49,815 nt of DNA, taken from assembly GCA_016179875.1 (NCBI GenBank), contig JACPCH010000021.1, positions 1 to 49,815 of the forward strand, given 5' to 3'. A model generated the notes under the pieces. The model did no database searches. It saw only the letters and a list, made by a program, of their open reading frames with translations, and had not been told where the DNA came from. The position numbers and the translations under genes are program-made. Of the stretch, positions 1 to 9,853 are shown one piece after another (positions within the stretch are counted from its first letter, which is position 1; every line of letters starts with the position of its first letter). Origin of the DNA: Candidatus Rokuibacteriota bacterium (GTDB lineage Bacteria > Methylomirabilota > Methylomirabilia > Rokubacteriales > CSP1-6).

Positions 1-252
1 GTCGAGCTGGCCCCACTGGGCGAGCAGCTCGGCGATCCCCCGCTCGACCTCGGCGCGCCGGGTGAGATCCACGCCGAGCGCCAGCGCCTTCACGCCGAGC
101 TGCTCGGCCTCGCGCCGCACGACCTCGGCCGCGTCGCGATCGATGTCGAGCACGGCCACCTGCGCGCCCTCGCGCGCGAGCGCCAGCACGATGGCGCGGC
201 CGATCCCCCGGCCGCCGCCGGTGACGAGCGCGGTCTGTCCCTTGAGCTTCAC
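1..252 (-). CDS. short-chain dehydrogenase/reductase (SDR), N-terminal part only; gene runs off the left edge
   Basis: Own reverse translation from GTG 252-250 gives VKLKGQTALVTGGGRGIGRAIVLALAREGAQVAVLDID..., which carries the TGxxxGxG Rossmann motif. AGGAGG lies 6 nt upstream. It is missing from the ORF track because there is no stop inside the window. Confidence 0.8.
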   Translation of the reverse strand, partial: MKLKGQTALVTGGGRGIGRAIVLALAREGAQVAVLDIDRDAAEVVRREAEQLGVKALALGVDLTRRAEVERGIAELLAQWGQLD

Positions 253-262
253 GGCGTTCCTC

Positions 263-1033
263 CTAGCGGTCCTTCCACACGGGCGCGCGCTTCTCCATGA
301 AGGCGCGGAGCCCCTCGGCCGCGTCCTCGGTCGTCATCAGCTCGTACTGGTAGAGGGCCTCGAGCGTCGCGAGCCCCTCGTCGAACGGAAGGCCGAGCGT
401 GTCGCGCACGGCGCGCTTGGCCAGGCGCAGGACCACGGCGCTCTGGGCGCGGAAGCGCTCGAGCTCGGCGTCCACGGTCTCGGCCAGCCGCTCGGCGGGC
501 ACCACGCGGTCGGCGAGGCCGATCCGCGCCGCCTCGGCGGCGTCGATCACCGCCCCCGACAGCAGCAGCCGCAAACTCTGGGCCACCCCGATCCGCTTCG
601 GGTAGTGCAGCGCCGCGACCGGCGGGAACACGCCCACGCGGATCTCGGGCTGGCCGAACGTCGCCCCCTCGCCGGCGATCACCAGGTCGCAGAACGTCGC
701 GAGCTCCGCGCCGCCGCCGAGCGCCGCGCCGTGCACCTGGGCGAGCGTCACGCAGTCGAGCGCGCGGAGGTGGCGGAAGATCTGGTGGAAGGCGTCCAGC
801 ATCGGCTTCACGCGGTCGCCGACGTGGTCCTCGATGGCGACGCCCGCCGAGAAGGCCTTGCCCTCGCCCGCGATCACGAGCGCCTTGAGCGACGGATTCC
901 CCGCCGCGCGCGCGAGCGCCGCGTTGATCTCCTGCATCATGTCGGTCGTCAGGATGTTGAGCGGCGGGCGCGCCAGCGTGAGCCGCGCCACGTCGTACTG
1001 CTCCTGAAAGCGGATCAGCCGGGGGCCGCTCAT
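263..1033 (-). CDS. enoyl-CoA hydratase/isomerase (crotonase family)
   Basis: Same frame as ORF 263..2017, trimmed to ATG 1033-1031 (MSGPRLIRFQEQYDVARLTLARPP...). Crotonase-like stretches KALVIAGEGKAFSAGV and GAALGGGAELATFCD. The start overlaps the upstream stop (ATGA). Confidence 0.9.
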   Translation of the reverse strand: MSGPRLIRFQEQYDVARLTLARPPLNILTTDMMQEINAALARAAGNPSLKALVIAGEGKAFSAGVAIEDHVGDRVKPMLDAFHQIFRHLRALDCVTLAQVHGAALGGGAELATFCDLVIAGEGATFGQPEIRVGVFPPVAALHYPKRIGVAQSLRLLLSGAVIDAAEAARIGLADRVVPAERLAETVDAELERFRAQSAVVLRLAKRAVRDTLGLPFDEGLATLEALYQYELMTTEDAAEGLRAFMEKRAPVWKDR

Positions 1034-2343
1034 GACGGAGCACCTCCCCGGGGCCGCAGGTCCTCGACCCGCTTGGCCTTGCCCGCGCTCCGTTCGATCG
1101 CCTTCGGGGGCACCACCGTCACGTCCGCCGTGAGCCCGATGGTCTCGTGGATCCGCCGCTTCACGAGCGCGGCGGCGCCGCGCATCGCGTCCGGCCCGGC
1201 CGCCGCCACCGACGCCGTCGCCTCCACCCGCACCTCGAGCGCGTCGAGGGCGCCGTCGCGGCGCACGACGAGCAGGTAGTGCGGTTCGACGCCGGCCACC
1301 TGGGTGAGCGCGTGCTCGATCTGGGACGGGTAGACGTTGACGCCCCGGATGATGAGCATGTCGTCGGTGCGGCCGGTGATCCGGCCGATGCGCGCGAGCG
1401 TGCGCCCGCACGCGCAGGGCGTCCGGTCGAGCGTGGTGATGTCGCGCGTCCGGTACCGGATCAGCGGCAGCGCCTCCTTGGTGAGCGTGGTGAACACCAG
1501 CTCGCCCGGCACGCCGTCGGCCACCGGCTCGAGCGTCGCCGGGTCGACCACCTCCGGCAGGAAGTGATCCTCGGCCACGTGCATCCCGCGGCGCTCGGGG
1601 CACTCGACGGACACGCCCGGCCCGATGACCTCGGACAGGCCGTAGATGTTGAGCGCCATCAGGTCGAGCCGCTCCTCCAGGGCCGCCCGCATGCCCTCCG
1701 TCCACGGCTCGGCGCCGAAGAACCCGACGCGGAGCCGGAGGTCCTTGGCCGCGATCCCCGCCTCCTCGAGGGCCTCGGCCAGGTAGAGCGCGTACGACGG
1801 CGTCGAGCAGAGCACGGTCGAGCCGAGGTCCTGGAGCGCCATGAGCTGGCGCTCGGTGAACCCGCCGGAGATCGGGATGACCGCCGCCCCCACCCGCTCG
1901 GCGCCGTAGTGGAAGCCGAGCCCGCCGGTGAACAGGCCGTAGCCGTAGGCGTTCTGGACGACGTCGCTGCGGCCGACGCCGCCCATCATGAGCGTGCGCG
2001 CCATCACGTCGCTCCACGTCTGGAGGTCCCGGCGCGTGTAGGCCACGACCGTCGGCTTGCCGGTGGTGCCCGACGAGGCGTGGACGCGGACGACGTCGTC
2101 CAGCGGCACCGCCAGCAGGCCGTACGGATAGGCGTCGCGGAAGTCGGCCTTGGTGGTGAACGGCAGGCGGCGCAGGTCGTCGAGCGAGCGGAGGTCGCGC
2201 GCCGTCAGGCCGGCCGCGCGCAGCCGCTCGCGGTGGAGCGGGATGCGCTCGGCCGCAGACGCGACCGACCTTCGGAGGCGTCCGAGCTGGAGGCGCCCGA
2301 GCTCGGTCCGGGGCAGGCGTTCGGCGGCGGTCAGGTCCTTCAC
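1030..2343 (-). CDS. paaK: phenylacetate-CoA ligase family (PaaK-type adenylate-forming enzyme)
   Basis: 437-aa ORF with SSGTTGKPT, YGLSE and IIRGVNVYPSQIE motifs and the length typical of PaaK. GTG start overlaps the livF-like stop (GTGA). Confidence 0.9.
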   Translation of the reverse strand: MKDLTAAERLPRTELGRLQLGRLRRSVASAAERIPLHRERLRAAGLTARDLRSLDDLRRLPFTTKADFRDAYPYGLLAVPLDDVVRVHASSGTTGKPTVVAYTRRDLQTWSDVMARTLMMGGVGRSDVVQNAYGYGLFTGGLGFHYGAERVGAAVIPISGGFTERQLMALQDLGSTVLCSTPSYALYLAEALEEAGIAAKDLRLRVGFFGAEPWTEGMRAALEERLDLMALNIYGLSEVIGPGVSVECPERRGMHVAEDHFLPEVVDPATLEPVADGVPGELVFTTLTKEALPLIRYRTRDITTLDRTPCACGRTLARIGRITGRTDDMLIIRGVNVYPSQIEHALTQVAGVEPHYLLVVRRDGALDALEVRVEATASVAAAGPDAMRGAAALVKRRIHETIGLTADVTVVPPKAIERSAGKAKRVEDLRPRGGAPS

Positions 2344-3074
2344 GACGGCGACTCCTCTCGCGCGAGCGCGAGCCCGTAGGCGGCGCGCGCGGATTCGGCG
2401 GCCTGGCCGTTGGCCGCGGCGGTCCCGATGACTCCCCCCGGGTTCAGGACGTAGCCGCGATCGGCGATGCGGAAGGCCGCGCGGGCGTTCTGCTCGACGA
2501 GCAGGATCGTGAGCCCGCCGGCCTTGAGGACGGCCAGGGCGCGGAAGATCTCGCGGATGACGAGCGGCGCGAGCCCGATGGAGGGCTCGTCGAGCAGCAG
2601 CAGCCGTGGGCGCGCCATCAGGGCTCGGCCGATCGCGACCATCTGCTGCTCGCCGCCGGAGAGCGTGGCCGCCGCCTGGGACAGGCGCGCGCGGAGCGCG
2701 GGGAAGAGCGCGAGCACCCGCTCGAGGTCGCCCGCCAGCCCGGCGCGCCGCGCCGCGCGGCCCAGGCCGTAGGCGCCGAGCGCGAGGTTCTCGCGCACCG
2801 TGAGCGGGCCGAACAGCTCGCGCCCCTCGGGCACGAGCGCCAGGCCGCCGCGCGCGATGTCCTCGGCGGCCCGGCCGGCGAGCTCCCGGTCCTCGAAGGT
2901 CACCCGGCCCGCCCGGAGCGGCACCAGGCCCGTGATCGCCCGCAGCAGCGTCGTCTTGCCGCTGCCGTTCGGCCCGACCAGCGTGACCAGCTCGCCCGGG
3001 GCCACCCGCAGGGACACGCCGCGGAGGGCCTGGACGCGGCCGTAGAAGACGTCGAGGCCCGCGACGGCGAGCAT
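2340..3074 (-). CDS. livF: branched-chain-amino-acid-type ABC transporter ATP-binding protein (LivF-like)
   Basis: Walker A GPNGSGKTT, signature LSGGEQQ, Walker B LLLLDEPS. Confidence 0.9.
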   Translation of the reverse strand: MLAVAGLDVFYGRVQALRGVSLRVAPGELVTLVGPNGSGKTTLLRAITGLVPLRAGRVTFEDRELAGRAAEDIARGGLALVPEGRELFGPLTVRENLALGAYGLGRAARRAGLAGDLERVLALFPALRARLSQAAATLSGGEQQMVAIGRALMARPRLLLLDEPSIGLAPLVIREIFRALAVLKAGGLTILLVEQNARAAFRIADRGYVLNPGGVIGTAAANGQAAESARAAYGLALAREESPS

Positions 3075-3862
3075 CAGGCGGCCTCGTCGCCGAGGTAGGC
3101 GCCGATCACGGCCGGATCCGTCCGCACCGCCTCCGGGCGCCCCTCCGCGAGCTTCTCGCCGTAGGAGAGCACGACGACCTCGTCGGACAGCCCGAGGACG
3201 AAGTCCATGTGGTGGTCCACCAGGAGGACCGTCGCGCCGGCGTCGCGGATCGTGCGGATGATCGCGGCCAGCCGCGCCTGCTCGTCGCGCCCGAGGCCGG
3301 CGCCCGGCTCGTCGAGCAGCAGGAGCTTCGGCTCGGCGGCCAGCGCGCGGCCGAGCTCGACGAGCCGCTGCTCGCCGTACGGGAGCGCCGCCGCCGGCTG
3401 GTCGGCCCGCGCGCCGAGGCCGAGGAGCGCCAGCACGGTCTGCGCCCGGAGCCGCAGCTCCGCCTCGTCCTGGCGCGCCGCGCGCGTGCGCAGGGCGCAG
3501 GCGGCCCAGCCCGCGCGGCCCCGCCGGTGACAGCCCACCAGCACGGTCTCGAGCACGCTCATCTCGCCGAAGAGCCGCACCAGCTGGAACGTGCGCGCGA
3601 TCCCGCGGGCCGCCACCGCGTGGGGCCGCCGCACGGGGAGCGGGATGCCCTCGAACAGCACCCGCCCCCGCGTCGGCGCCAGCGCCCCCGCGATCAGGTT
3701 GAAGATCGTCGTCTTGCCGGCGCCGTTCGGGCCGATCAGCGCCTTGATCTGGCCGGCGCGCACCGCGAAGTCCACGCCGCGCACCGCGGCGAGCCCGCCG
3801 AAGTCCTTGGCGAGGCCCTGCACCTCGAGGAGCGGCGCCGGGAGCCGGGCGCCGGCGGTCAC
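3074..3862 (-). CDS. livG: branched-chain-amino-acid-type ABC transporter ATP-binding protein (LivG-like)
   Basis: Same frame as ORF 3074..4753, trimmed to GTG 3862-3860, which overlaps the livM stop (GTGA). Motifs GPNGAGKTT, LPYGEQRLVELGRAL, LLLLDEPGAG. Confidence 0.85.
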   Translation of the reverse strand: MTAGARLPAPLLEVQGLAKDFGGLAAVRGVDFAVRAGQIKALIGPNGAGKTTIFNLIAGALAPTRGRVLFEGIPLPVRRPHAVAARGIARTFQLVRLFGEMSVLETVLVGCHRRGRAGWAACALRTRAARQDEAELRLRAQTVLALLGLGARADQPAAALPYGEQRLVELGRALAAEPKLLLLDEPGAGLGRDEQARLAAIIRTIRDAGATVLLVDHHMDFVLGLSDEVVVLSYGEKLAEGRPEAVRTDPAVIGAYLGDEAA

Positions 3863-4815
3863 GCCGCCCTCCGCCCGAGGGCGCTGAGGCCGCCCGGCAG
3901 GAAGATCATGAAGGCCATCAGGAGCAGGCCGAAGACCACGATCTCGTACTCGGCCGCGCCGTGGGACACGGTCAGCAGCGGCAGGAGCGCGCGGAGCGCC
4001 TCGACGAGGCCCACGACGAGCGCGGCCCCCAGCACGGCGCCCCAGAGGCTCGCCACCCCGCCGAGCACGACCATGACCACCAGCTCGATGGAGAACGCGA
4101 AGCCGAACGGCGACGGGTTGATGAACTTCAGATAGTGGGCGTAGAGGGCGCCCGCGAGCGCCGTGACGCCGCCGGCCACGGCGAAGACGCCGAGCTTGTA
4201 GCGGGCGGTGTCGACGCCGGCCGCCTCCGCCGCCGGCTCGCTGCCGTGGATCGCGCGCAGCGCGCGCCCGACCCGCGAGTCCACCAGGTTCCCGGCGAGG
4301 CCGAGCACCAGGAGGAGCGCGCCCCACGCCAGCCACGCCATGCGCCGGTCGCTGTCGAGCTGGACGCCGCCGATCGCGAGCGGCGGGATCCCGGTCAGCC
4401 CCGACGGGCCGCCGGTGACCGACGCCCAGTTGACGAGGACGTAGTAGAGGATGATGCCGAAGCCGAGCGTCGCCATCGCCAGCAGCAGGCCCGAGAGGCG
4501 GAAGATGGGCAGGCCGACCAGGAAGGCCGTCAGGGCGCCCGCGGCCACCGCCACCGCCATGGCGACCCAGGGGTTCCAGCCGTACGACGCCGTCAGCACG
4601 CCCGACACGTAGGCGCCGATCGCGTAGAACGCCGCCTGGCCGAGCGACACCTGGCCGGCGAAGCCCATCACGAGCGACAGGGCGAGCGCCGCGATGCCGT
4701 TGAGCGCGACGAAGACGAGCGCGCTCAGCACGTACGTGGAGCGCACCGTCCACGGCACCACGGCGGCGGCGAGCCCGACGGCCAGCAGCAGCACCCAGCG
4801 CTCGCGCGCGCTCAC
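3859..4815 (-). CDS. livM: ABC transporter permease (LivM-like)
   Basis: 318-aa polytopic hydrophobic protein between LivH-like and LivG-like genes. GQVSLGQAAF motif. Confidence 0.9.
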   Translation of the reverse strand: MSARERWVLLLAVGLAAAVVPWTVRSTYVLSALVFVALNGIAALALSLVMGFAGQVSLGQAAFYAIGAYVSGVLTASYGWNPWVAMAVAVAAGALTAFLVGLPIFRLSGLLLAMATLGFGIILYYVLVNWASVTGGPSGLTGIPPLAIGGVQLDSDRRMAWLAWGALLLVLGLAGNLVDSRVGRALRAIHGSEPAAEAAGVDTARYKLGVFAVAGGVTALAGALYAHYLKFINPSPFGFAFSIELVVMVVLGGVASLWGAVLGAALVVGLVEALRALLPLLTVSHGAAEYEIVVFGLLLMAFMIFLPGGLSALGRRAA

Positions 4816-4816
4816 C

Positions 4817-5701
4817 TCAGCCCTCCTCGACCGGCACGCGCCAGGGCAGCCAGCCGGCGACCTGGACCAGACAGAGCGCGATCAGGATGACGAACGCGAC
4901 GGCGTCCTTGTAGCCGGAGGACACGAGCCCGGCGGCGAAGGCCTCGAGGACGCCGAGGAGGATGCCGCCCGCGATCGCGCCGGGCGGGCTCACCAGGCCG
5001 CCGAGGACCGCGGCCACGAAGCCCTTGAGGCCGAGCATGAGCCCCATGTCGTAGGTGGCGTAGGTGATCGGCGCGATCACGGCGCCGGCGGTGGCGCCGA
5101 GGGCGCCGGAGAGCGCGAAGGCCAGCAGGGACATGCCGTCCACGCGGATGCCCATGAGGCGCGCCGCGCGCGGGTTCACCGCGCAGGCGCGCACCGCGGT
5201 CCCCGCGTAGGTCCGCGTGAAGAAGAACCAGAGGAGCGCGAACACGAGGGCGGCGACCGCGACCACCCAGAAGGCCTGGCGCACGACCAGCGCGCCCAGC
5301 AGCGCGACGGGCGGCCCCGCCGAGAACGGGGCCAGCGCGAACGGGTCGGTGCCCCACACGACCAGCGCGCCGCCGCGGAGGGCGATCGACGCGCCGATCG
5401 TCAGGATGAGGACGGCGAGCGCCGGCGCGCGCCGGAGCGGGTGGACGGCCACCCGCTCGAGCGCGGCGGCGAGCGCGGCGACGGCCGCGACGACGAGGAC
5501 GAAGGCGGGCAGCGGACCCAGCCCCAGGCCGGTGCCGGTGACCATGCCGAGCGCGCCGAGCATCACGAACTCGCCCTGGGCGAAGTTGATGATGCGCGTC
5601 ACGCTGTACACGATCACGAAGCCGAGCCCGATGAGGGCGTAGGCGCCCCCCACCACCAGGCCCGAGGCCAGGTACTGGGCCAGCTGCTCGCCGAGGGTCA
5701 T
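4817..5701 (-). CDS. livH: ABC transporter permease (LivH-like)
   Basis: 294-aa polytopic protein with INFAQGEFVMLGA motif, typical of LivH. Confidence 0.9.
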   Translation of the reverse strand: MTLGEQLAQYLASGLVVGGAYALIGLGFVIVYSVTRIINFAQGEFVMLGALGMVTGTGLGLGPLPAFVLVVAAVAALAAALERVAVHPLRRAPALAVLILTIGASIALRGGALVVWGTDPFALAPFSAGPPVALLGALVVRQAFWVVAVAALVFALLWFFFTRTYAGTAVRACAVNPRAARLMGIRVDGMSLLAFALSGALGATAGAVIAPITYATYDMGLMLGLKGFVAAVLGGLVSPPGAIAGGILLGVLEAFAAGLVSSGYKDAVAFVILIALCLVQVAGWLPWRVPVEEG

Positions 5702-5702
5702 G

Positions 5703-6854
5703 CTACCGGGCCGGGCGCCACTGCCCGTCCACGATCTGGATCATCGTGACGGCGCGCCGGTCGAGGCCGTTGTGGTCGGTCGGCGAAAAATCGAAGACGC
5801 CGGTGATCCCGACGAAGTTCTTCGTCTGCTCGAGGGCGGCGCGCACCCGGGCGCGGTCGGCGCCCGCCTTCTCGATCGCGGCCGCCACCAGCTTGATGGC
5901 GTCCCACGCGTGCCCGCCGAAGGTGTTGCGCGGGCCGAACTTCGCCTCGAAGTCCTTCGCGTAGGCGAGCAGCACGGGCTTCTGCGGGTCCTGGTCGGCC
6001 AGGTGCTCGGCCACCAGCAGCTTGCCGGCGGGGAACACCACGCCGTTGGCCCCCGGCCCGGCCAGGTCGATGTAGCGCTTGTTGCCGACGCCGTGGCTCT
6101 GGAAGAGCGGCATCTTGAGGCCGAGGTCGGCGAAGTTCTTGGTCGCGATGGACGCCGACGGCGGAATGGACCAGACGATGACGGCCTGGGGGTTCGCGAC
6201 CTTCACGCGCGTGAGCTGCGCCGTGATGTCCACGTCCTTCTGCCCGAACTTCTCGTTGGCGACGATGGTGAGGCCCGCCTTCTGGGCGGCCTTCTCGAAC
6301 GCGAGCCAGCCGAGCTGCCCGAAGGCGTAGTCCACGTTGAGCCAGCCGACCTTCGTCAGGCCCTTGGCCTTGAGGTGGTCCACCAGCACGCCGACGATCA
6401 GCGCGTCGCTCTGGGGCGTCTTGAACACCCACTTCCGCTCGGCGGCCGGCTCGACGATCTTGGCCGCGGCCGCGCAGGAGACGAGCGGCACCTCGGCCTT
6501 CTGCACGGTATCGAGGATGGCCAGCGAGGTGCCCGAGAGCGTGGTGCCGACGATCGCGACGACCTTGTCCTCGTCGATCAGCTTCTTGGCGGCGAGGACG
6601 GCCTTGGTCTCGTCGCTCGCGTCGTCGTAGATGACGATCTTGACGGGGCGCGCCTTGCCGTCGGGGCCCTTGATCCCGCCCTTGGCGTTGATCTCGGTCT
6701 CGAGCATGGCGGCGGTGTCCCGCTCGGGGATGCCGAGCGACGAGCCGGGGCCGGTGATGGAGAAGATGGCGCCGATCTTGTACACGTCCTGGGCGGCGGC
6801 CGTGCCCGGGACGGCGAGCAGGACGGCGAGGACGAAGGCGAAAAGTGTGCGCAT
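5703..6854 (-). CDS. periplasmic substrate-binding protein, LivK/LivJ (type I PBP) family
   Basis: 383 aa with signal peptide MRTLFAFVLAVLLAVPGTAAA, then YKIGAIFSITGPGSSLG, typical of Leu/Ile/Val-type binding proteins. The ligand may be an aromatic acid given the operon context. Confidence 0.9.
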   Translation of the reverse strand: MRTLFAFVLAVLLAVPGTAAAQDVYKIGAIFSITGPGSSLGIPERDTAAMLETEINAKGGIKGPDGKARPVKIVIYDDASDETKAVLAAKKLIDEDKVVAIVGTTLSGTSLAILDTVQKAEVPLVSCAAAAKIVEPAAERKWVFKTPQSDALIVGVLVDHLKAKGLTKVGWLNVDYAFGQLGWLAFEKAAQKAGLTIVANEKFGQKDVDITAQLTRVKVANPQAVIVWSIPPSASIATKNFADLGLKMPLFQSHGVGNKRYIDLAGPGANGVVFPAGKLLVAEHLADQDPQKPVLLAYAKDFEAKFGPRNTFGGHAWDAIKLVAAAIEKAGADRARVRAALEQTKNFVGITGVFDFSPTDHNGLDRRAVTMIQIVDGQWRPAR

Positions 6855-6869
6855 GGAGCCCTCCTGTGG

Positions 6870-7325
6870 TTAGGACGTCACGATCTTTTCCATGTGGATC
6901 ATCGGCCCGTGGTGGAAGCCCAGGCGGGTGAAGAACTCCCGGACGTCCGCCTGGCCGAGGTCGATGAGGGTGGCGACCTTCCGGATCGCCCGGAGCTCCT
7001 GGCCGCCGCCGATGAAGCGCTCGACCAGCGCCTGCCCGACGCCCCGGCCGCGGTAGGCCGGGTCCACGCCGATCAGGTCGATCCAGGCGGTGGCGCCCGG
7101 CATGCCGAACTCCGACTCGGCCACCCAGCCGAACAGGAAGCCGACGAGCCGGCCGTCCATCTCGGCGACCGACGACATCCAGGGCGGCCGCAGCGCGGCG
7201 ATGTCCAGCCGCGTGCGCCAGTAGTCCTTGCGCGTCTGCGCGGTGAGCTTCTCGTCGATCCGTAGGATCGCGTCGAAGTCCGACGGCTCCACCGCCCGCA
7301 CGACCGCCGCGTCCTTCTTCGCCAT
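6870..7325 (-). CDS. GNAT family N-acetyltransferase
   Basis: 151 aa with acetyl-CoA binding motif GVDPAYRGRGVGQALV. Confidence 0.8.
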   Translation of the reverse strand: MAKKDAAVVRAVEPSDFDAILRIDEKLTAQTRKDYWRTRLDIAALRPPWMSSVAEMDGRLVGFLFGWVAESEFGMPGATAWIDLIGVDPAYRGRGVGQALVERFIGGGQELRAIRKVATLIDLGQADVREFFTRLGFHHGPMIHMEKIVTS

Positions 7326-7338
7326 GGCTCGTCCTCCC

Positions 7339-8139
7339 TCAGGCCGCGGCGGCCGTGGTGAGCTTGCGGTAGCGCTGCAGCCCGAGGAGCGCCGCGCCGA
7401 GCGCGGCCGTGAGGTGCGGCTCCGCCGGCACGTTGACCGGGACGCCGAGCTTCTCGCGGAGCGCCACGATCATGCCCTCCTGGAGGGCGACCCCGCCGAT
7501 CAGCGTGACCTCGCCGTCGAGGCCGACGCGCTTCAGGAGCAGCAGCGCCCGGTCGGCGAGCGAGTTGTGGATGCCGCGCAGGATATTCTCGACGGCCACG
7601 CCCTCGGAGATGTGGTTGATGATCTCGGTCTCGGCCAGCACGGCGCAGACGCTCGAAATCGGCTGGGGCTTGCCCGCGGAGAGCGACATCGGGCCGACGT
7701 CGGCCAGCGTGACCTCGAGGTACTTGGCCGCGCGCTCCAGGAACCCGCCCGAGCCGGCGGCGCACTTCTCGTTCATGTGGAACTCCTTCACCTTGCCCCC
7801 GTCCCGGAGCTTGATGGCGCGCGAGCACTGGGCGCCGATGTCGAGCACGTAGCGCGTGCCCGGGAAGAGCGCCGCCGCCCCGCGCGCGCCGCAGGTGAGG
7901 TCGGTGATCTGGATGTCCCGGAAGGGCACCGCGTAGCGGCCGAGCCCCGTGGTGGCCAGGTAGCCCACGTCGTCGGGCCGGGCGCCGGCGTCGCCGACGG
8001 CCGCCTCCAGCACCTCGCGCGCCACCTTCTCGAAGTCCGCCTTGGTCTTCACGAGGCCGCGCCCGCGCACCGCGCCGGTCTCGTCCACCAGGATGCACTT
8101 GGTCGTTCCGGAGCCGATGTCGATTCCCGCGATCAGCAT
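7339..8139 (-). CDS. BcrA/BcrD/BadF/BadG/HgdC-family ATPase (benzoyl-CoA-reductase-type electron-activating subunit)
   Basis: 266 aa. Acetate/sugar-kinase fold start IAGIDIGSGTTK. Cluster-bridging Cys context NEKCAAGSGGFL and SSVCAVL. Confidence 0.85.
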   Translation of the reverse strand: MLIAGIDIGSGTTKCILVDETGAVRGRGLVKTKADFEKVAREVLEAAVGDAGARPDDVGYLATTGLGRYAVPFRDIQITDLTCGARGAAALFPGTRYVLDIGAQCSRAIKLRDGGKVKEFHMNEKCAAGSGGFLERAAKYLEVTLADVGPMSLSAGKPQPISSVCAVLAETEIINHISEGVAVENILRGIHNSLADRALLLLKRVGLDGEVTLIGGVALQEGMIVALREKLGVPVNVPAEPHLTAALGAALLGLQRYRKLTTAAAA

Positions 8140-8143
8140 GGCG

Positions 8144-8968
8144 TTAGCTCCTCGCCGCCCCGACGGCCACGGCCCCGCCCTGCGCCGTGGCCTGCGCGCG
8201 CTCCAGGGCGAACAGCGCGGCGCCGATGGCGCCCATGAAGTGTCCCTCGTCGCTCACGTTGAGGGGCGTGCCGAGCACCTCCTCGAGCGCCCGGACCATC
8301 CCGATGTTGCGCGACACACCGCCCGTGAAGGTGACCTCCTCCTCGACACCCACGCGCCGCACCAGCGACATCGTGCGGGTGGCGATGGCCTTGTGGACGC
8401 CGCCCAGGATATCCTCGATGGTCTTCTTCTGGGCGAGGTAGGACATGATGTCGGACTCGACGAAGACGGTGCAGACCGAGGTCAGGCGCACCGGGATCTT
8501 CGCCTGGAGCGCGAGCGGCCCGATCTCGTCGATGGAGACGCCCGTGACGTCGGCGGCCGCCGAGAGGAACCGCCCGGTGCCGGCGGCGCACTTGTCGTTC
8601 ATCGAGAAGTCGAGCACGGAGCCGTCCGCGCCGACCTTGATCGCCTTGGTGTCCTGGCCGCCCATGTCGAGGACGGTCCGCGTCGCCGGGAAGATGGACT
8701 GGGCGCCGCGCCCGTGGCAGGTGATCTCGGTGATCTGGGCGTCGCCGAACGTCACCTTGTAGCGCCCGTAGCCGGTGCCCACGACGTAGCCCACCGCGGT
8801 CCGCGGCAGCCCCGCGTCCTCCAATGCCTTGACGAAGGCGCTCTCGCCCGCCTTGGTGACGTTCGCGCCCGTCGCGATCAGGGACCGGCCGACGATCCGG
8901 CGCGCTTCGTCCACGATCACCGCCTTGGTCTGGGTCGAGCCGACGTCGACGCCCGCACCGTAGGTCAT
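8144..8968 (-). CDS. second, distinct BcrA/BcrD-family ATPase subunit
   Basis: Same frame as ORF 8144..9568, trimmed to ATG 8968-8966 ([15 protein letters not shown]...). Motifs [12 protein letters not shown] and TSVCTVF. The start overlaps the stop of the membrane subunit gene (ATGA). Confidence 0.85.
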   Translation of the reverse strand: MTYGAGVDVGSTQTKAVIVDEARRIVGRSLIATGANVTKAGESAFVKALEDAGLPRTAVGYVVGTGYGRYKVTFGDAQITEITCHGRGAQSIFPATRTVLDMGGQDTKAIKVGADGSVLDFSMNDKCAAGTGRFLSAAADVTGVSIDEIGPLALQAKIPVRLTSVCTVFVESDIMSYLAQKKTIEDILGGVHKAIATRTMSLVRRVGVEEEVTFTGGVSRNIGMVRALEEVLGTPLNVSDEGHFMGAIGAALFALERAQATAQGGAVAVGAARS

Positions 8969-9852
8969 GACGATCTCCTCTCGAGACGCAGAGTCGTGAG
9001 CGTGACCGGCCGGAGCTGGCCGGCCGTGAGGATGAGCGCGGTCTTCGCGAGCGCCTGGCCCGCGATCATGAGGGCGCCGGCCAGCGTGGCGGCGGGGACG
9101 GCGACGCCGGGCAGCGCCAGGGCCAGGGCCGCGCACAGGAACGGCGCGAGGTAGCCCCCGCCCACGATCGCCACCGCCGTCGGGCCCTCGCGGAGCGCCG
9201 CGGTCGCACGGGCGAAGCTCGCCTCGCGCGACCAGGTCACGTACGCGAGCCACGCGATCGCCCCGAGGACGAGCGTCACCAGCGTGGCGCCGAGGAGCGC
9301 CCCGCCCACCGGCCGGCCCGCCACGACCTCGACGAGCGCCAGGAGCCCGGCCCCGGAGACGGCCGCCGAGGCGAGGAACACGACCGGCATCGCGGGCACG
9401 TCCCAGGCCGCGATGCCGCGCGCGTGCCGCACGATCAGGCCCTGCGCCGCCGCGAGGAGCCCGGCCGCCGCGAGCGCGGCGACGCGGAGCGCGACCCCGG
9501 GGGCGACGAACTCGGCGGCGCAGCAGGCGGCGAAGGCGCCCCCGAGCCAGAGCTCGCGCGACATCCACGACGTGCCGACGCGCCGGAGCACGCGCGGCCC
9601 GCGCAGCGGCCGGCCCGCCTCGGCGGCGACGGCGACGAAGCCCGCCAGCACCAGCGCCGGGCCGAGCCAGGCCGCGAGCGTCACCGCGGGCCCGCCGCCG
9701 AAGCGGGCGGCCAGGACCGCCGCCGCGTAGAGCCCGGCGCCCAGGCCGCCGCAGACGAAATTCACGACCGCCGGCGGGCCCCAGAGCCGCTGGCGCACCG
9801 GCGGAATCAGCTCGACCCCTTCGCGCGTCGTCGCCATCGCCGTGGTCTCCAC
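8965..9852 (-). CDS. polytopic membrane anchor of a complex iron-sulfur molybdoenzyme (NrfD/DmsC-like)
   Basis: 295 aa, almost entirely hydrophobic helices, directly downstream of the Mo and FeS subunits. Family assignment rests on position and hydrophobicity only. Confidence 0.65.
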   Translation of the reverse strand: METTAMATTREGVELIPPVRQRLWGPPAVVNFVCGGLGAGLYAAAVLAARFGGGPAVTLAAWLGPALVLAGFVAVAAEAGRPLRGPRVLRRVGTSWMSRELWLGGAFAACCAAEFVAPGVALRVAALAAAGLLAAAQGLIVRHARGIAAWDVPAMPVVFLASAAVSGAGLLALVEVVAGRPVGGALLGATLVTLVLGAIAWLAYVTWSREASFARATAALREGPTAVAIVGGGYLAPFLCAALALALPGVAVPAATLAGALMIAGQALAKTALILTAGQLRPVTLTTLRLERRSS

Positions 9853-9853
9853 G

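Noticed and set aside
62-2379. Long plus-strand ORFs (62..1279, 1147..2379) and the 584-aa minus ORF 263..2017
   Set aside because: They are antisense or out of frame with the crotonase and PaaK-like genes. They are Arg/Ala/Gly/Pro-rich with no motifs, as expected for spurious open frames in very GC-rich DNA. The 584-aa ORF is only real from ATG 1033 onward.
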